DNA of 64,000 nucleotides from the human T2T-CHM13v2.0 reference genome, Homo sapiens. The position numbers and the translations under genes are program-made. The stretch is from NCBI RefSeq assembly GCF_009914755.1, contig NC_060927.1. The stretch is one strand, 5' to 3'. The notes beneath the pieces are model-generated. The model was given only the letters and a program-made list of their open reading frames with translations, did no database searches and had not been told where the DNA came from. Of the stretch, positions 11,566 to 26,020 are shown in pieces (positions within the stretch are counted from its first letter, which is position 1; every line of letters begins with the position of its first letter).

Positions 11566-14455
11566 GAGAATTCTATTGTCTATCATTACACGAAGAAATC
11601 CCGTTTACTACGAAGGCCTCAAAGAGGTCCAAATATCCAGCTGCAGACATTACAAACTGAGTGTTTCCAAAGTGCTCTATGAAAAGAAGTGTTAAACACT
11701 GTGAGTTCAATGCACACATCCCAAAGCAGTTTCTGAGAATGATTCCGTCTATTTTTTCTACGAAGATATTTCCTTTTCTGCCGTTGGCCTCAAAGCGCTT
11801 GAAATCTCCACTTGCAAATTCCACAAAAAGAGAGTTTCAAATCTGCTCTGTCTAAAGGAAGGTTCAACTCTGTGAGTTGAATACACACCACAAAAAGAAG
11901 TTACTGAGAATTCTTCTGTCTAGCATTATATGAAAAATCCCGTTTCCAACGAAGGCCACAAAGAGGTCCAAATATCCACTTGCAGATTCTGCAAAAAGAG
12001 TGTTTCCAAACTGCTCTATGAAAAGAAACGTTAAACTCTGTGAGTTGAACGCAAACATCACAAAGTAGTTTCTGAGAATGACTCCGTCTAGTTTTTATAC
12101 GAAGATATTTCCTTTCCTACCATTCACTTCAAAGCGCTTGAAGTCTCCCCCTGAAAATTCCACAAAAAGTGTTTCCAATCTGCTCCGCCTAAAGGAAGCT
12201 TCAACTCTGTGACTTGAATACCCACAACCCAAAGAAGTTACTGAGAATTCTTCTGTCTAGCATTATATGAAGAAATCCCGTTTCCAACGAAGGCCTCAAA
12301 TACATCCAAATATCCAGTTGCTGACTTTACAAACTGAGTGTTTCCAAACTGCTCTATGAAAAGAAAGGTTAAACACTGTGAGTTGAACACACACGTACCA
12401 AAGTAGTTTCTGAGAATGATTCTGTCTAGTTTGCATACGAAGATATTTCCTTTTCTACCATTGGCCTCAAAGCTCTGAAATCTCCACTTGCAAATTCCAC
12501 AAAAAGAGAGTTTCAAATCTGCTGTTTCTAAAGGAAAGTTCAACTCTGAGAGTTGACTACACACCAGAAAAAGCAGTTACTGAGAAGTCTTCTGTCTAGC
12601 ATTATATGAAGAAATCCCATTTCCAACGAAGACTTCAAAGAGGTCCAAATATCCACTTGCAGATTCTGCAAAAAGAGTGTTTGAAACAACTGTATGAAAA
12701 GAAAGGTTAAACACTGTGAGTTGAACGCACACATTGCAAAGCGGTTTCTGAGAATGATTCCGTCTAATTATTATACGAAGGTATTTCCTTTTCTATCATT
12801 GGCCTCAAAGCGCTTGATACCTCCACCTGAAAATTCCACAAAAAGAGTGTTTCCAATCTACTCTGTCTAAAGGAACGTTCAACTCTGTGAGTTGAATACA
12901 CACACACAGAAAGAATTCACTGAGAATTCTTCTGTCTGGCATTACATGAAGAAATCCCGTTTCCAACGAAGACCTCAAAGAGGTCCAAATATCCACTTGC
13001 AGATTCTGCAAAAAGAGTGTTTCAAAACCGCTCCATTAAAAGGAATGTTGAACTCTGTGAGTTGAATGCAAACATCACAACTCAGTTGCTGAGAATGCTT
13101 CTGACTAGATTTTATGGTAAGATATTTCCTTTTCTACCGTAGGCTTCAATGCCCTCTAAATACACCCTTGCAAATTCTACAAAGAGACTGTTTCATAACT
13201 GCTCTATAGGAAGAAAGGTTGAACTCTGTGAGTTGAATGCAGAGATCACAACGTGGTTTCTGCGAATGATTCTTTGTAGTTTTTACATGAAGATATGTCG
13301 TTGTCAACCGTAGGCTTCAAAGCACTCAAAGTATTCACTTGGAACTTTTACAAAAAGAGTGTTAGAAAACTGCTCTTTCCAAAGTAAGGTTCAACTCTGT
13401 GAGTTGAATGCACACATAACAATCAAGACGTTTCTGAGAATTCTTCTGTCCTGGTTTATATGAAAAAATCCCGTTTCCAACGAAGGCCTCAAAGACGTTT
13501 AAATATCCACTTGCAGACTTCACAAACAGAGGGTTTCCAAACTGCTCTATGAAAAGAAAGGTTAAACTCTGTGAGTTGAACGCACACATCACAAAGTAGC
13601 TTCTGAGAATGATACTGTCTAGTTTTTATACGAAGATATTTCCTTTCTACCATTGGCGTCAAAGCGCTAGAATTCTCCGCTTGCAAATTCCACAAAAAGA
13701 GTGTTTCCAATCTGCTCTGTCTAAAGGAAGGTTCAACTCTGTGAGTTGAATACACACACACAAAGAAGCTACTGAGAATTCTTTTGTCAAGAATTATAAG
13801 AAGAAATCCCGTTTCCAACGAAGGCCTCAAAGAGTTCCAAATATCCACTTGCACACTGCACAAACTAAGTCTTTCCAAACTGCTCTATGCAAAGAAATGT
13901 TCAACTCTGTGAGTTTAATACACACATCACAAAGCAGTTTCTGAGAATGATACTGTCTAGTTTTTATACGAAGATATTTCCTTTTGTACCATTGGCCTCA
14001 TACTGCTAGAATTTTCCACTTGCAAATTCCACAAAAAGAGTGTTTCCAATCCGCTCTGTCTAAAGGAAGGTTCAACTCTCTGATTTGAATACATACATCC
14101 CAAAAGAAGTTACTGAGAATTCTTCTGTCTAGCATTATGTGAAGAAATCCCGTTTCCAACGAAAGCCTCAAAGAGGTCCAAATATCCAGTTGCAGAATTT
14201 ACAAACTGACTGTTTCCAAACTCATCTATGAAAAGAAAGGTTAAACTCTGTGAGTTGAATGCACATATCACAAAGTAGTTCCTGAGAATGATTCTGTCTA
14301 GTTTTCATACGAAGATATTTCCTTTTCCACCAATGGCCTCAAAGTGCTTGAAATCTCCCCTTGCAAATTCCACAGACAAGTGTTTCAAATCTGCACTGTC
14401 TAAAGGAAGGTTCAACCCTGTGAGTTGAATACACACACACAGAAAAAAATTCACT
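11566..14455 (-). repeat. HOR copy 5 (2890 bp)
   Basis: 1-bp deletion: gtttgaaacaac near 12682 versus gtttcgaaacaac in the other copies. Confidence 0.95.
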
Positions 14456-17347
14456 GAGAATTCTATTGTCTATCATTACACGAAGAAATCCCGTTTACTA
14501 CGAAGGCCTCAAAGAGGTCCAAATATCCAGCTGCAGACATTACAAACTGAGTGTTTCCAAAGTGCTCTATGAAAAGAAGTGTTAAACACTGTGAGTTCAA
14601 TGCACACATCCCAAAGCAGTTTCTGAGAATGATGCCGTCTATTTTTTCTACGAAGATATTTCCTTTTCTGCCGTTGGCCTCAAAGCGCTTGAAATCTCCA
14701 CTTGCAAATTCCACAAAAAGAGAGTTTCAAATCTGCTCTGTCTAAAGGAAGGTTCAACTCTGTGAGTTGAATACACACCACAAAAAGAAGTTACTGAGAA
14801 TTCTTCTGTCTAGCATTATATGAAAAATCCCGTTTCCAACGAAGGCCACAAAGAGGTCCAAATATCCACTTGCAGATTCTGCAAAAAGAGTGTTTCCAAA
14901 CTGCTCTATGAAAAGAAACGTTAAACTCTGTGAGTTGAACGCAAACATCACAAAGTAGTTTCTGAGAATGACTCCGTCTAGTTTTTATACGAAGATATTT
15001 CCTTTCCTACCATTCACTTCAAAGCGCTTGAAGTCTCCCCCTGAAAATTCCACAAAAAGTGTTTCCAATCTGCTCCGCCTAAAGGAAGCTTCAACTCTGT
15101 GACTTGAATACCCACAACCCAAAGAAGTTACTGAGAATTCTTCTGTCTAGCATTATATGAAGAAATCCCGTTTCCAACGAAGGCCTCAAATACATCCAAA
15201 TATCCAGTTGCTGACTTTACAAACTGAGTGTTTCCAAACTGCTCTATGAAAAGAAAGGTTAAACACTGTGAGTTGAACACACACGTACCAAAGTAGTTTC
15301 TGAGAATGATTCTGTCTAGTTTGCATACGAAGATATTTCCTTTTCTACCATTGGCCTCAAAGCTCTGAAATCTCCACTTGCAAATTCCACAAAAAGAGAG
15401 TTTCAAATCTGCTGTTTCTAAAGGAAAGTTCAACTCTGAGAGTTGAATACACACCAGAAAAAGCAGTTACTGAGAAGTCTTCTGTCTAGCATTATATGAA
15501 GAAATCCCATTTCCAACGAAGACTTCAAAGAGGTCCAAATATCCACTTGCAGATTCTGCAAAAAGAGTGTTTCGAAACAACTGTATGAAAAGAAAGGTTA
15601 AACACTGTGAGTTGAACGCACACATTGCAAAGCGGTTTCTGAGAATGATTCCGTCTAATTATTATACGAAGGTATTTCCTTTTCTATCATTGGCCTCAAA
15701 GCGCTTGATACCTCCACCTGAAAATTCCACAAAAAGAGTGTTTCCAATCTACTCTGTCTAAAGGAACGTTCAACTCTGTGAGTTGAATACACACACACAG
15801 AAAGAATTCACTGAGAATTCTTCTGTCTGGCATTACATGAAGAAATCCCGTTTCCAACGAAGGCCTCAAAGAGGTCCAAATATCCACTTGCAGATTCTGC
15901 AAAAAGAGTGTTTCAAAACCGCTCCATTAAAAGGAATGTTGAACTCTGTGAGTTGAATGCAAACATCACAACTCAGTTGCTGAGAATGCTTCTGACTAGA
16001 TTTTATGGTAAGATATTTCCTTTTCTACCGTAGGCTTCAATGCCCTCTAAATACACCCTTGCAAATTCTACAAAGAGACTGTTTCATAACTGCTCTATAG
16101 GAAGAAAGGTTGAACTCTGTGAGTTGAATGCAGAGATCACAACGTGGTTTCTGCGAATGATTCTTTGTAGTTTTTACAGGAAGATATTTCGTTGTCAACC
16201 GTAGGCTTCAAAGCACTCAAAGTATTCACTTGGAACTTTTACAAAAAGAGTGTTAGAAAACTGCTCTTTCCAAAGTAAGGTTCAACTCTGTGAGTTGAAT
16301 GCACACATAACAATCAAGAAGTTTCTGAGAATTCTTCTGTCCTGGTTTATATGAAAAAATCCCGTTTCCAACGAAGGCCTCAGAGACGTTTAAATATCCA
16401 CTTGCAGACTTCACAAACAGAGGGTTTCCAAACTGCTCTATGAAAAGAAAGGTTAAACTCTGTGAGTTGAACGCACACATCACAAAGTAGCTTCTGAGAA
16501 TGATACTGTCTAGTTTTTATACGAAGATATTTCCTTTCTACCATTGGCGTCAAAGCGCTAGAATTCTCCGCTTGCAAATTCCACAAAAAGAGTGTTTCCA
16601 ATCTGCTCTGTCTAAAGGAAGGTTCAACTCTGTGAGTTGAATACACACACACAAAGAAGCTACTGAGAATTCTTTTTTCAAGAAATTATAAGAAGAAATC
16701 CCGTTTCCAACGAAGGCCTCAAAGAGTTCCAAATATCCACTTGCACACTGCACAAACTAAGTCTTTCCAAACTGCTCTATGCAAAGAAATGTTCAACTCT
16801 GTGAGTTTAATACACACATCACAAAGCAGTTTCTGAGAATGATACTGTCTAGTTTTTATACGAAGATATTTCCTTTTGTACCATTGGCCTCATACTGCTA
16901 GAATTTTCCACTTGCAAATTCCACAAAAAGAGTGTTTCCAATCCGCTCTGTCTAAAGGAAGGTTCAACTCTCTGATTTGAATACATACATCCCAAAAGAA
17001 GTTACTGAGAATTCTTCTGTCTAGCATTATGTGAAGAAATCCCGTTTCCAACGAAAGCCTCAAAGAGGTCCAAATATCCAGTTGCAGAATTTACAAACTG
17101 ACTGTTTCCAAACTCATCTATGAAAAGAAAGGTTAAACTCTGGGAGTTGAATGCACATATCACAAAGTAGTTCCTGAGAATGATTCTGTCTAGTTTTTAT
17201 ACGAAGATATTTCCTTTTCCACCAATGGCCTCAAAGTGCTTGAAATCTCCCCTTGCAAATTCCACAGACAAGTGTTTCAAATCTGCACTGTCTAAAGGAA
17301 GGTTCAACCCTGTGAGTTGAATACACACACACAGAAAAAAATTCACT
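14456..17347 (-). repeat. HOR copy 6 (2892 bp)
   Basis: Same +1 ttttttcaagaaatt variant as copy 1, near 16673-16687. Confidence 0.95.
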
Positions 17348-20238
17348 GAGAATTCTATTGTCTATCATTACACGAAGAAATCCCGTTTACTACGAAGGCC
17401 TCAAAGAGGTCCAAATATCCAGCTGCAGACATTACAAACTGAGTGTTTCCAAAGTGCTCTATGAAAAGAAGTGTTAAACACTGTGAGTTCAATGCACACA
17501 TCCCAAAGCAGTTTCTGAGAATGATGCCGTCTATTTTTTCTACGAAGATATTTCCTTTTCTGCCGTTGGCCTCAAAGCGCTTGAAATCTCCACTTGCAAA
17601 TTCCACAAAAAGAGAGTTTCAAATCTGCTCTGTCTAAAGGAAGGTTCAACTCTGTGAGTTGAATACACACCACAAAAAGAAGTTACTGAGAATTCTTCTG
17701 TCTAGCATTATATGAAAAATCCCGTTTCCAACGAAGGCCACAAAGAGGTCCAAATATCCACTTGCAGATTCTGCAAAAAGAGTGTTTCCAAACTGCTCTA
17801 TGAAAAGAAACGTTAAACTCTGTGAGTTGAACGCAAACATCACAAAGTAGTTTCTGAGAATGACTCCGTCTAGTTTTTATACGAAGATATTTCCTTTCCT
17901 ACCATTCACTTCAAAGCGCTTGAAGTCTCCCCCTGAAAATTCCACAAAAAGTGTTTCCAATCTGCTCCGCCTAAAGGAAGCTTCAACTCTGTGACTTGAA
18001 TACCCACAACCCAAAGAAGTTACTGAGAATTCTTCTGTCTAGCATTATATGAAGAAATCCCGTTTCCAACGAAGGCCTCAAATACATCCAAATATCCAGT
18101 TGCTGACTTTACAAACTGAGTGTTTCCAAACTGCTCTATGAAAAGAAAGGTTAAACACTGTGAGTTGAACACACACGTACCAAAGTAGTTTCTGAGAATG
18201 ATTCTGTCTAGTTTGCATACGAAGATATTTCCTTTTCTACCATTGGCCTCAAAGCTCTGAAATCTCCACTTGCAAATTCCACAAAAAGAGAGTTTCAAAT
18301 CTGCTGTTTCTAAAGGAAAGTTCAACTCTGAGAGTTGAATACACACCAGAAAAAGCAGTTACTGAGAAGTCTTCTGTCTAGCATTATATGAAGAAATCCC
18401 ATTTCCAACGAAGACTTCAAAGAGGTCCAAATATCCACTTGCAGATTCTGCAAAAAGAGTGTTTCGAAACAACTGTATGAAAAGAAAGGTTAAACACTGT
18501 GAGTTGAACGCACACATTGCAAAGCGGTTTCTGAGAATGATTCCGTCTAATTATTATACGAAGGTATTTCCTTTTCTATCATTGGCCTCAAAGCGCTTGA
18601 TACCTCCACCTGAAAATTCCACAAAAAGAGTGTTTCCAATCTACTCTGTCTAAAGGAACGTTCAACTCTGTGAGTTGAATACACACACACAGAAAGAATT
18701 CACTGAGAATTCTTCTGTCTGGCATTACATGAAGAAATCCCGTTTCCAACGAAGGCCTCAAAGAGGTCCAAATATCCACTTGCAGATTCTGCAAAAAGAG
18801 TGTTTCAAAACCGCTCCATTAAAAGGAATGTTGAACTCTGTGAGTTGAATGCAAACATCACAACTCAGTTGCTGAGAATGCTTCTGACTAGATTTTATGG
18901 TAAGATATTTCCTTTTCTACCGTAGGCTTCAATGCCCTCTAAATACACCCTTGCAAATTCTACAAAGAGACTGTTTCATAACTGCTCTATAGGAAGAAAG
19001 GTTGAACTCTGTGAGTTGAATGCAGAGATCACAACGTGGTTTCTGCGAATGATTCTTTGTAGTTTTTACAGGAAGATATTTCGTTGTCAACCGTAGGCTT
19101 CAAAGCACTCAAAGTATTCACTTGGAACTTTTACAAAAAAAGTGTTAGAAAACTGCTCTTTCCAAAGTAAGGTTCAACTCTGTGAGTTGAATGCACACAT
19201 AACAATCAAGAAGTTTCTGAGAATTCTTCTGTCCTGGTTTATATGAAAAAATCCCGTTTCCAACGAAGGCCTCAGAGACGTTTAAATATCCACTTGCAGA
19301 CTTCACAAACAGAGTGTTTCCAAACTGCTCTATGAAAAGAAAGGTTAAACTCTGTGAGTTGAACGCACACATCACAAAGTTGTTTCTGAGAATGATACTG
19401 TCTAGTTTTTATACGAAGATATTTCCTTTCTACCATTGGCGTCAAAGCGTTAGAATTCTCCGCTTGCAAATTCCACAAAAAGAGTGTTTCCAATCTGCTC
19501 TGTCTAAAGGAAGGTTCAACTCTGTGAGTTGAATACACACACACAAAGAAGCTACTGAGAATTCTTTTGTCAAGAATTATAAGAAGAAATCCCGTTTCCA
19601 ACGAAGGCCTCAAAGAGTTCCAAATATCCACTTGCACACTGCACAAACTAAGTCTTTCCAAACTGCTCTATGCAAAGAAATGTTCAACTCTGTGAGTTTA
19701 ATTCACACATCACAAAGCAGTTTCTGAGAATGATACTGTCTAGTTTTTATACGAAGATATTTCCTTTTGTACCATTGGCCTCATACTGCTAGAATTTTCC
19801 ACTTGCAAATTCCACAAAAAGAGTGTTTCCAATCCGCTCTGTCTAAAGGAAGGTTCAACTCTCTGATTTGAATACATACATCCCAAAAGAAGTTACTGAG
19901 AATTCTTCTGTCTAGCATTATGTGAAGAAATCCCGTTTCCAACGAAAGCCTCAAAGAGGTCCAAATATCCAGTTGCAGAATTTACAAACTGACTGTTTCC
20001 AAACTCATCTATGAAAAGAAAGGTTAAACTCTGGGAGTTGAATGCCCATATCACAAAGTAGTTCCTGAGAATGATTCTGTCTAGTTTTCATACGAAGATA
20101 TTTCCTTTTCCACCAAAGGCCTCAAAGTGCTTGAAATCTCCCCTTGCAAATTCCACAGACAAGTGTTTCAAATCTGCACTGTCTAAAGGATGGTTCAGCC
20201 CTGTGAGTTGAATACACACACACAGAAAAAAATTCACT
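17348..20238 (-). repeat. HOR copy 7 (2891 bp)
   Basis: Unit start motif at 17348 and 20239; cluster of private substitutions in the distal third. Confidence 0.95.
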
Positions 20239-23129
20239 GAGAATTCTATTGTCTATCATTACACGAAGAAATCCCGTTTACTACGAAGGCCTCAAAGAGG
20301 TCCAAATATCCAGCTGCAGACATTATAAACTGAGTGTTTCCAAAGTGCTCTATGAAAAGAAGTGTTAAACACTGTGAGTTCAATGCACACATCCCAAAGC
20401 AGTTTCTGAGAATGATTCCGTCTATTTTTTCTACGAAGATATTTCCTTTTCTGCCGTTGGCCTCAAAGCGCTTGAAATCTCCACTTGCAAATTCCACAAA
20501 AAGAGAGTTTCAAATCTGCTCTGTCTAAAGGAAGGTTCAACTCTGTGAGTTGAATACACACCACAAAAAGAAGTTACTGAGAATTCTTCTGTCTAGCATT
20601 ATATGAAAAATCCCGTTTCCAACGAAGGCCACAAAGAGGTCCAAATATCCACTTGCAGATTCTGCAAAAAGAGTGTTTCCAAACTGCTCTATGAAAAGAA
20701 ACGTTAAACTCTGTGAGTTGAACGCAAACATCACAAAGTAGTTTCTGAGAATGACTCCGTCTAGTTTTTATACGAAGATATTTCCTTTCCTACCATTCAC
20801 TTCAAAGCGCTTGAAGTCTCCCCCTGAAAATTCCACAAAAAGTGTTTCCAATCTGCTCCGCCTAAAGGAAGCTTCAACTCTGTGACTTGAATACCCACAA
20901 CCCAAAGAAGTTACTGAGAATTCTTCTGTCTAGCATTATATGAAGAAATCCCGTTTCCAACGAAGGCCTCAAATACATCCAAATATCCAGTTGCTGACTT
21001 TACAAACTGAGTGTTTCCAAACTGCTCTATGAAAAGAAAGGTTAAACACTGTGAGTTGAACACACACGTACCAAAGTAGTTTCTGAGAATGATTCTGTCT
21101 AGTTTGCATACGAAGATATTTCCTTTTCTACCATTGGCCTCAAAGCTCTGAAATCTCCACTTGCAAATTCCACAAAAAGAGAGTTTCAAATCTGCTGTTT
21201 CTAAAGGAAAGTTCAACTCTGAGAGTTGAATACACACCAGAAAAAGCAGTTACTGAGAAGTCTTCTGTCTAGCATTATATGAAGAAATCCCATTTCCAAC
21301 GAAGACTTCAAAGAGGTCCAAATATCCACTTGCAGATTCTGCAAAAAGAGTGTTTCGAAACAACTGTATGAAAAGAAAGGTTAAACACTGTGAGTTGAAC
21401 GCACACATTGCAAAGCGGTTTCTGAGAATGATTCCGTCTAATTATTATACGAAGGTATTTCCTTTTCTATCATTGGCCTCAAAGCGCTTGATACCTCCAC
21501 CTGAAAATTCCACAAAAAGAGTGTTTCCAATCTACTCTGTCTAAAGGAACGTTCAACTCTGTGAGTTGAATACACACACACAGAAAGAATTCACTGAGAA
21601 TTCTTCTGTCTGGCATTACATGAAGAAATCCCGTTTCCAACGAAGGCCTCAAAGAGGTCCAAATATCCACTTGCAGATTCTGCAAAAAGAGTGTTTCAAA
21701 ACCGCTCCATTAAAAGGAATGTTGAACTCTGTGAGTTGAATGCAAACATCACAACTCAGTTTCTGAGAATGCTTCTGACTAGATTTTATGGTAAGATATT
21801 TCCTTTTCTACCGTAGGCTTCAATGCCCTCTAAATACACCCTTGCAAATTCTACAAAGAGACTGTTTCATAACTGCTCTATAGGAAGAAAGGTTCAACAC
21901 TGTGAGTTGAATGCAGAGATCACAACGTGGTTTCTGCGAATGATTCTTTGTAGTTTTTACATGAAGATATTTCGTTGTCAACCGTAGGCTTCAAAGCACT
22001 CAAAGTATTCACTTGGAACTTTTACAAAAAGAGTGTTAGAAAACTGCTCTTTCCAAAGTAAGGTTCAACTCTGTGAGTTGAATGCACACATAAGAATCAA
22101 GAAGTTTCTGAGAATTCTTCTGTCCTGGTTTATATGAAAAAATCCCGTTTCCAACGAAGGCCTCAAAGACGTTTAAATATCCACTTGCAGACTTCACAAA
22201 CAGAGGGTTTCCAAACTGCTCTATGAAAAGAAAGGTTAAACTCTGTGAGTTGAACGCACACATCACAAAGTAGCTTCTGAGAATGATACTGTCTAGTTTT
22301 TATACGAAGATATTTCCTTTCTACCATTGGCGTCAAAGCGCTAGAATTCTCCACTTGCAAATTCCACAAAAAGAGTGTTTCCAATCTGCTCTGTCTAAAG
22401 GAAGGTTCAACTCTGTGAGTTGAATACACACACACAAAGAAGCTACTGAGAATTCTTTTGTCAAGAATTATAAGAAGAAATCCCGTTTCCAACGAAGGCC
22501 TCAAAGAGTTCCAAATATCCACTTGCACACTGCACAAACTAAGTCTTTCCAAACTGCTCTATGCAAAGAAATGTTCAACTCTGTGAGTTTAATACACACA
22601 TCACAAAGCAGTTTCTGAGAATGATACTGTCTAGTTTTTATACGAAGATATTTCCTTTTGTACCATTGGCCTCATACTGCTAGAATTTTCCACTTGCAAA
22701 TTCCACAAAAAGAGTGTTTCCAATCCGCTCTGTCTAAAGGAAGGTTCAACTCTCTGATTTGAATACATACATCCCAAAAGAAGTTACTGAGAATTCTTCT
22801 GTCTAGCATTATGTGAAGAAATCCCGTTTCCAACGAAAGCCTCAAAGAGGTCCAAATATCCAGTTGCAGAATTTACAAACTGACTGTTTCCAAACTCATC
22901 TATGAAAAGAAAGGTTAAACTCTGGGAGTTGAATGCCCATATCACAAAGTAGTTCCTGAGAATGATTCTGTCTAGTTTTCATACGAAGATATTTCCTTTT
23001 CCACCAATGGCCTCAAAGTGCTTGAAATCTCCCCTTGCAAATTCCACAGACAAGTGTTTCAAATCTGCACTGTCTAAAGGAAGGTTCAACCCTGTGAGTT
23101 GAATACACACACACAGAAAAAAATTCACT
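20239..23129 (-). repeat. HOR copy 8 (2891 bp)
   Basis: Unit start motif at 20239 and 23130. Confidence 0.95.
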
Positions 23130-26020
23130 GAGAATTCTATTGTCTATCATTACACGAAGAAATCCCGTTTACTACGAAGGCCTCAAAGAGGTCCAAATAT
23201 CCAGCTGCAGACATTATAAACTGAGTGTTTCCAAAGTGCTCTATGAAAAGAAGTGTTAAACACTGTGAGTTCAATGCACACATCCCAAAGCAGTTTCTGA
23301 GAATGATTCCGTCTATTTTTTCTACGAAGATATTTCCTTTTCTGCCGTTGGCCTCAAAGCGCTTGAAATCTCCACTTGCAAATTCCACAAAAAGAGAGTT
23401 TCAAATCTGCTCTGTCTAAAGGAAGGTTCAACTCTGTGAGTTGAATACACACCACAAAAAGAAGTTACTGAGAATTCTTCTGTCTAGCATTATATGAAAA
23501 ATCCCGTTTCCAACGAAGGCCACAAAGAGGTCCAAATATCCACTTGCAGATTCTGCAAAAAGAGTGTTTCCAAACTGCTCTATGAAAAGAAACGTTAAAC
23601 TCTGTGAGTTGAACGCAAACATCACAAAGTAGTTTCTGAGAATGACTCCGTCTAGTTTTTATACGAAGATATTTCCTTTCCTACCATTCACTTCAAAGCG
23701 CTTGAAGTCTCCCCCTGAAAATTCCACAAAAAGTGTTTCCAATCTGCTCCGCCTAAAGGAAGCTTCAACTCTGTGACTTGAATACCCACAACCCAAAGAA
23801 GTTACTGAGAATTCTTCTGTCTAGCATTATATGAAGAAATCCCGTTTCCAACGAAGGCCTCAAATACATCCAAATATCCAGTTGCTGACTTTACAAACTG
23901 AGTGTTTCCAAACTGCTCTATGAAAAGAAAGGTTAAACACTGTGAGTTGAACACACACGTACCAAAGTAGTTTCTGAGAATGATTCTGTCTAGTTTGCAT
24001 ACGAAGATATTTCCTTTTCTACCATTGGCCTCAAAGCTCTGAAATCTCCACTTGCAAATTCCACAAAAAGAGAGTTTCAAATCTGCTGTTTCTAAAGGAA
24101 AGTTCAACTCTGAGAGTTGAATACACACCAGAAAAAGCAGTTACTGAGAAGTCTTCTGTCTAGCATTATATGAAGAAATCCCATTTCCAACGAAGACTTC
24201 AAAGAGGTCCAAATATCCACTTGCAGATTCTGCAAAAAGAGTGTTTCGAAACAACTGTATGAAAAGAAAGGTTAAACACTGTGAGTTGAACGCACACATT
24301 GCAAAGCGGTTTCTGAGAATGATTCCGTCTAATTATTATACGAAGGTATTTCCTTTTCTATCATTGGCCTCAAAGCGCTTGATACCTCCACCTGAAAATT
24401 CCACAAAAAGAGTGTTTCCAATCTACTCTGTCTAAAGGAACGTTCAACTCTGTGAGTTGAATACACACACACAGAAAGAATTCACTGAGAATTCTTCTGT
24501 CTGGCATTACATGAAGAAATCCCGTTTCCAACGAAGGCCTCAAAGAGGTCCAAATATCCACTTGCAGATTCTGCAAAAAGAGTGTTTCAAAACCGCTCCA
24601 TTAAAAGGAATGTTGAACTCTGTGAGTTGAATGCAAACATCACAACTCAGTTTCTGAGAATGCTTCTGACTAGATTTTATGGTAAGATATTTCCTTTTCT
24701 ACCGTAGGCTTCAATGCCCTCTAAATACACCCTTGCAAATTCTACAAAGAGACTGTTTCATAACTGCTCTATAGGAAGAAAGGTTGAACTCTGTGAGTTG
24801 AATGCAGAGATCACAACGTGGTTTCTGCGAATGATTCTTTGTAGTTTTTACATGAAGATATTTCGTTGTCAACCGTAGGCTTCAAAGCACTCAAAGTATT
24901 CACTTGGAACTTTTACAAAAAGAGTGTTAGAAAACTGCTCTTTCCAAAGTAAGGTTCAACTCTGTGAGTTGAATGCACACATAACAATCAAGAAGTTTCT
25001 GAGAATTCTTCTGTCCTGGTTTATATGAAAAAATCCCGTTTCCAACGAAGGCCTCAAAGACGTTTAAATATCCACTTGCAGACTTCACAAACAGAGGGTT
25101 TCCAAACTGCTCTATGAAAAGAAAGGTTAAACTCTGTGAGTTGAACGCACACATCACAAAGTAGCTTCTGAGAATGATACTGTCTAGTTTTTATACGAAG
25201 ATATTTCCTTTCTACCATTGGCGTCAAAGCGCTAGAATTCTCCACTTGCAAATTCCACAAAAAGAGTGTTTCCAATCTGCTCTGTCTAAAGGAAGGTTCA
25301 ACTCTGTGAGTTGAATACACACACACAAAGAAGCTACTGAGAATTCTTTTGTCAAGAATTATAAGAAGAAATCCCGTTTCCAACGAAGGCCTCAAAGAGT
25401 TCCAAATATCCACTTGCACACTGCACAAAGTAAGTCTTTCCAAACTGCTCTATGCAAAGAAATGTTCAACTCTGTGAGTTTAATACACACATCACAAAGC
25501 AGTTTCTGAGAATGATACTGTCTAGTTTTTATACGAAGATATTTCCTTTTGTACCATTGGCCTCATACTGCTAGAATTTTCCACTTGCAAATTCCACAAA
25601 AAGAGTGTTTCCAATCCGCTCTGTCTAAAGGAAGGTTCAACTCTCTGATTTGAATACATACATCCCAAAAGAAGTTACTGAGAATTCTTCTGTCTAGCAT
25701 TATGTGAAGAAATCCCGTTTCCAACGAAAGCCTCAAAGAGGTCCAAATATCCAGTTGCAGAATTTACAAACTGACTGTTTCCAAACTCATCTATGAAAAG
25801 AAAGGTTAAACTCTGGGAGTTGAATGCCCATATCACAAAGTAGTTCCTGAGAATGATTCTGTCTAGTTTTCATACGAAGATATTTCCTTTTCCACCAATG
25901 GCCTCAAAGTGCTTGAAATCTCCCCTTGCAAATTCCACAGACAAGTGTTTCAAATCTGCACTGTCTAAAGGAAGGTTCAACCCTGTGAGTTGAATACACA
26001 CACACAGAAAAAAATTCACT
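23130..26020 (-). repeat. HOR copy 9 (2891 bp)
   Basis: Unit start motif at 23130 and 26021. Confidence 0.95.
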
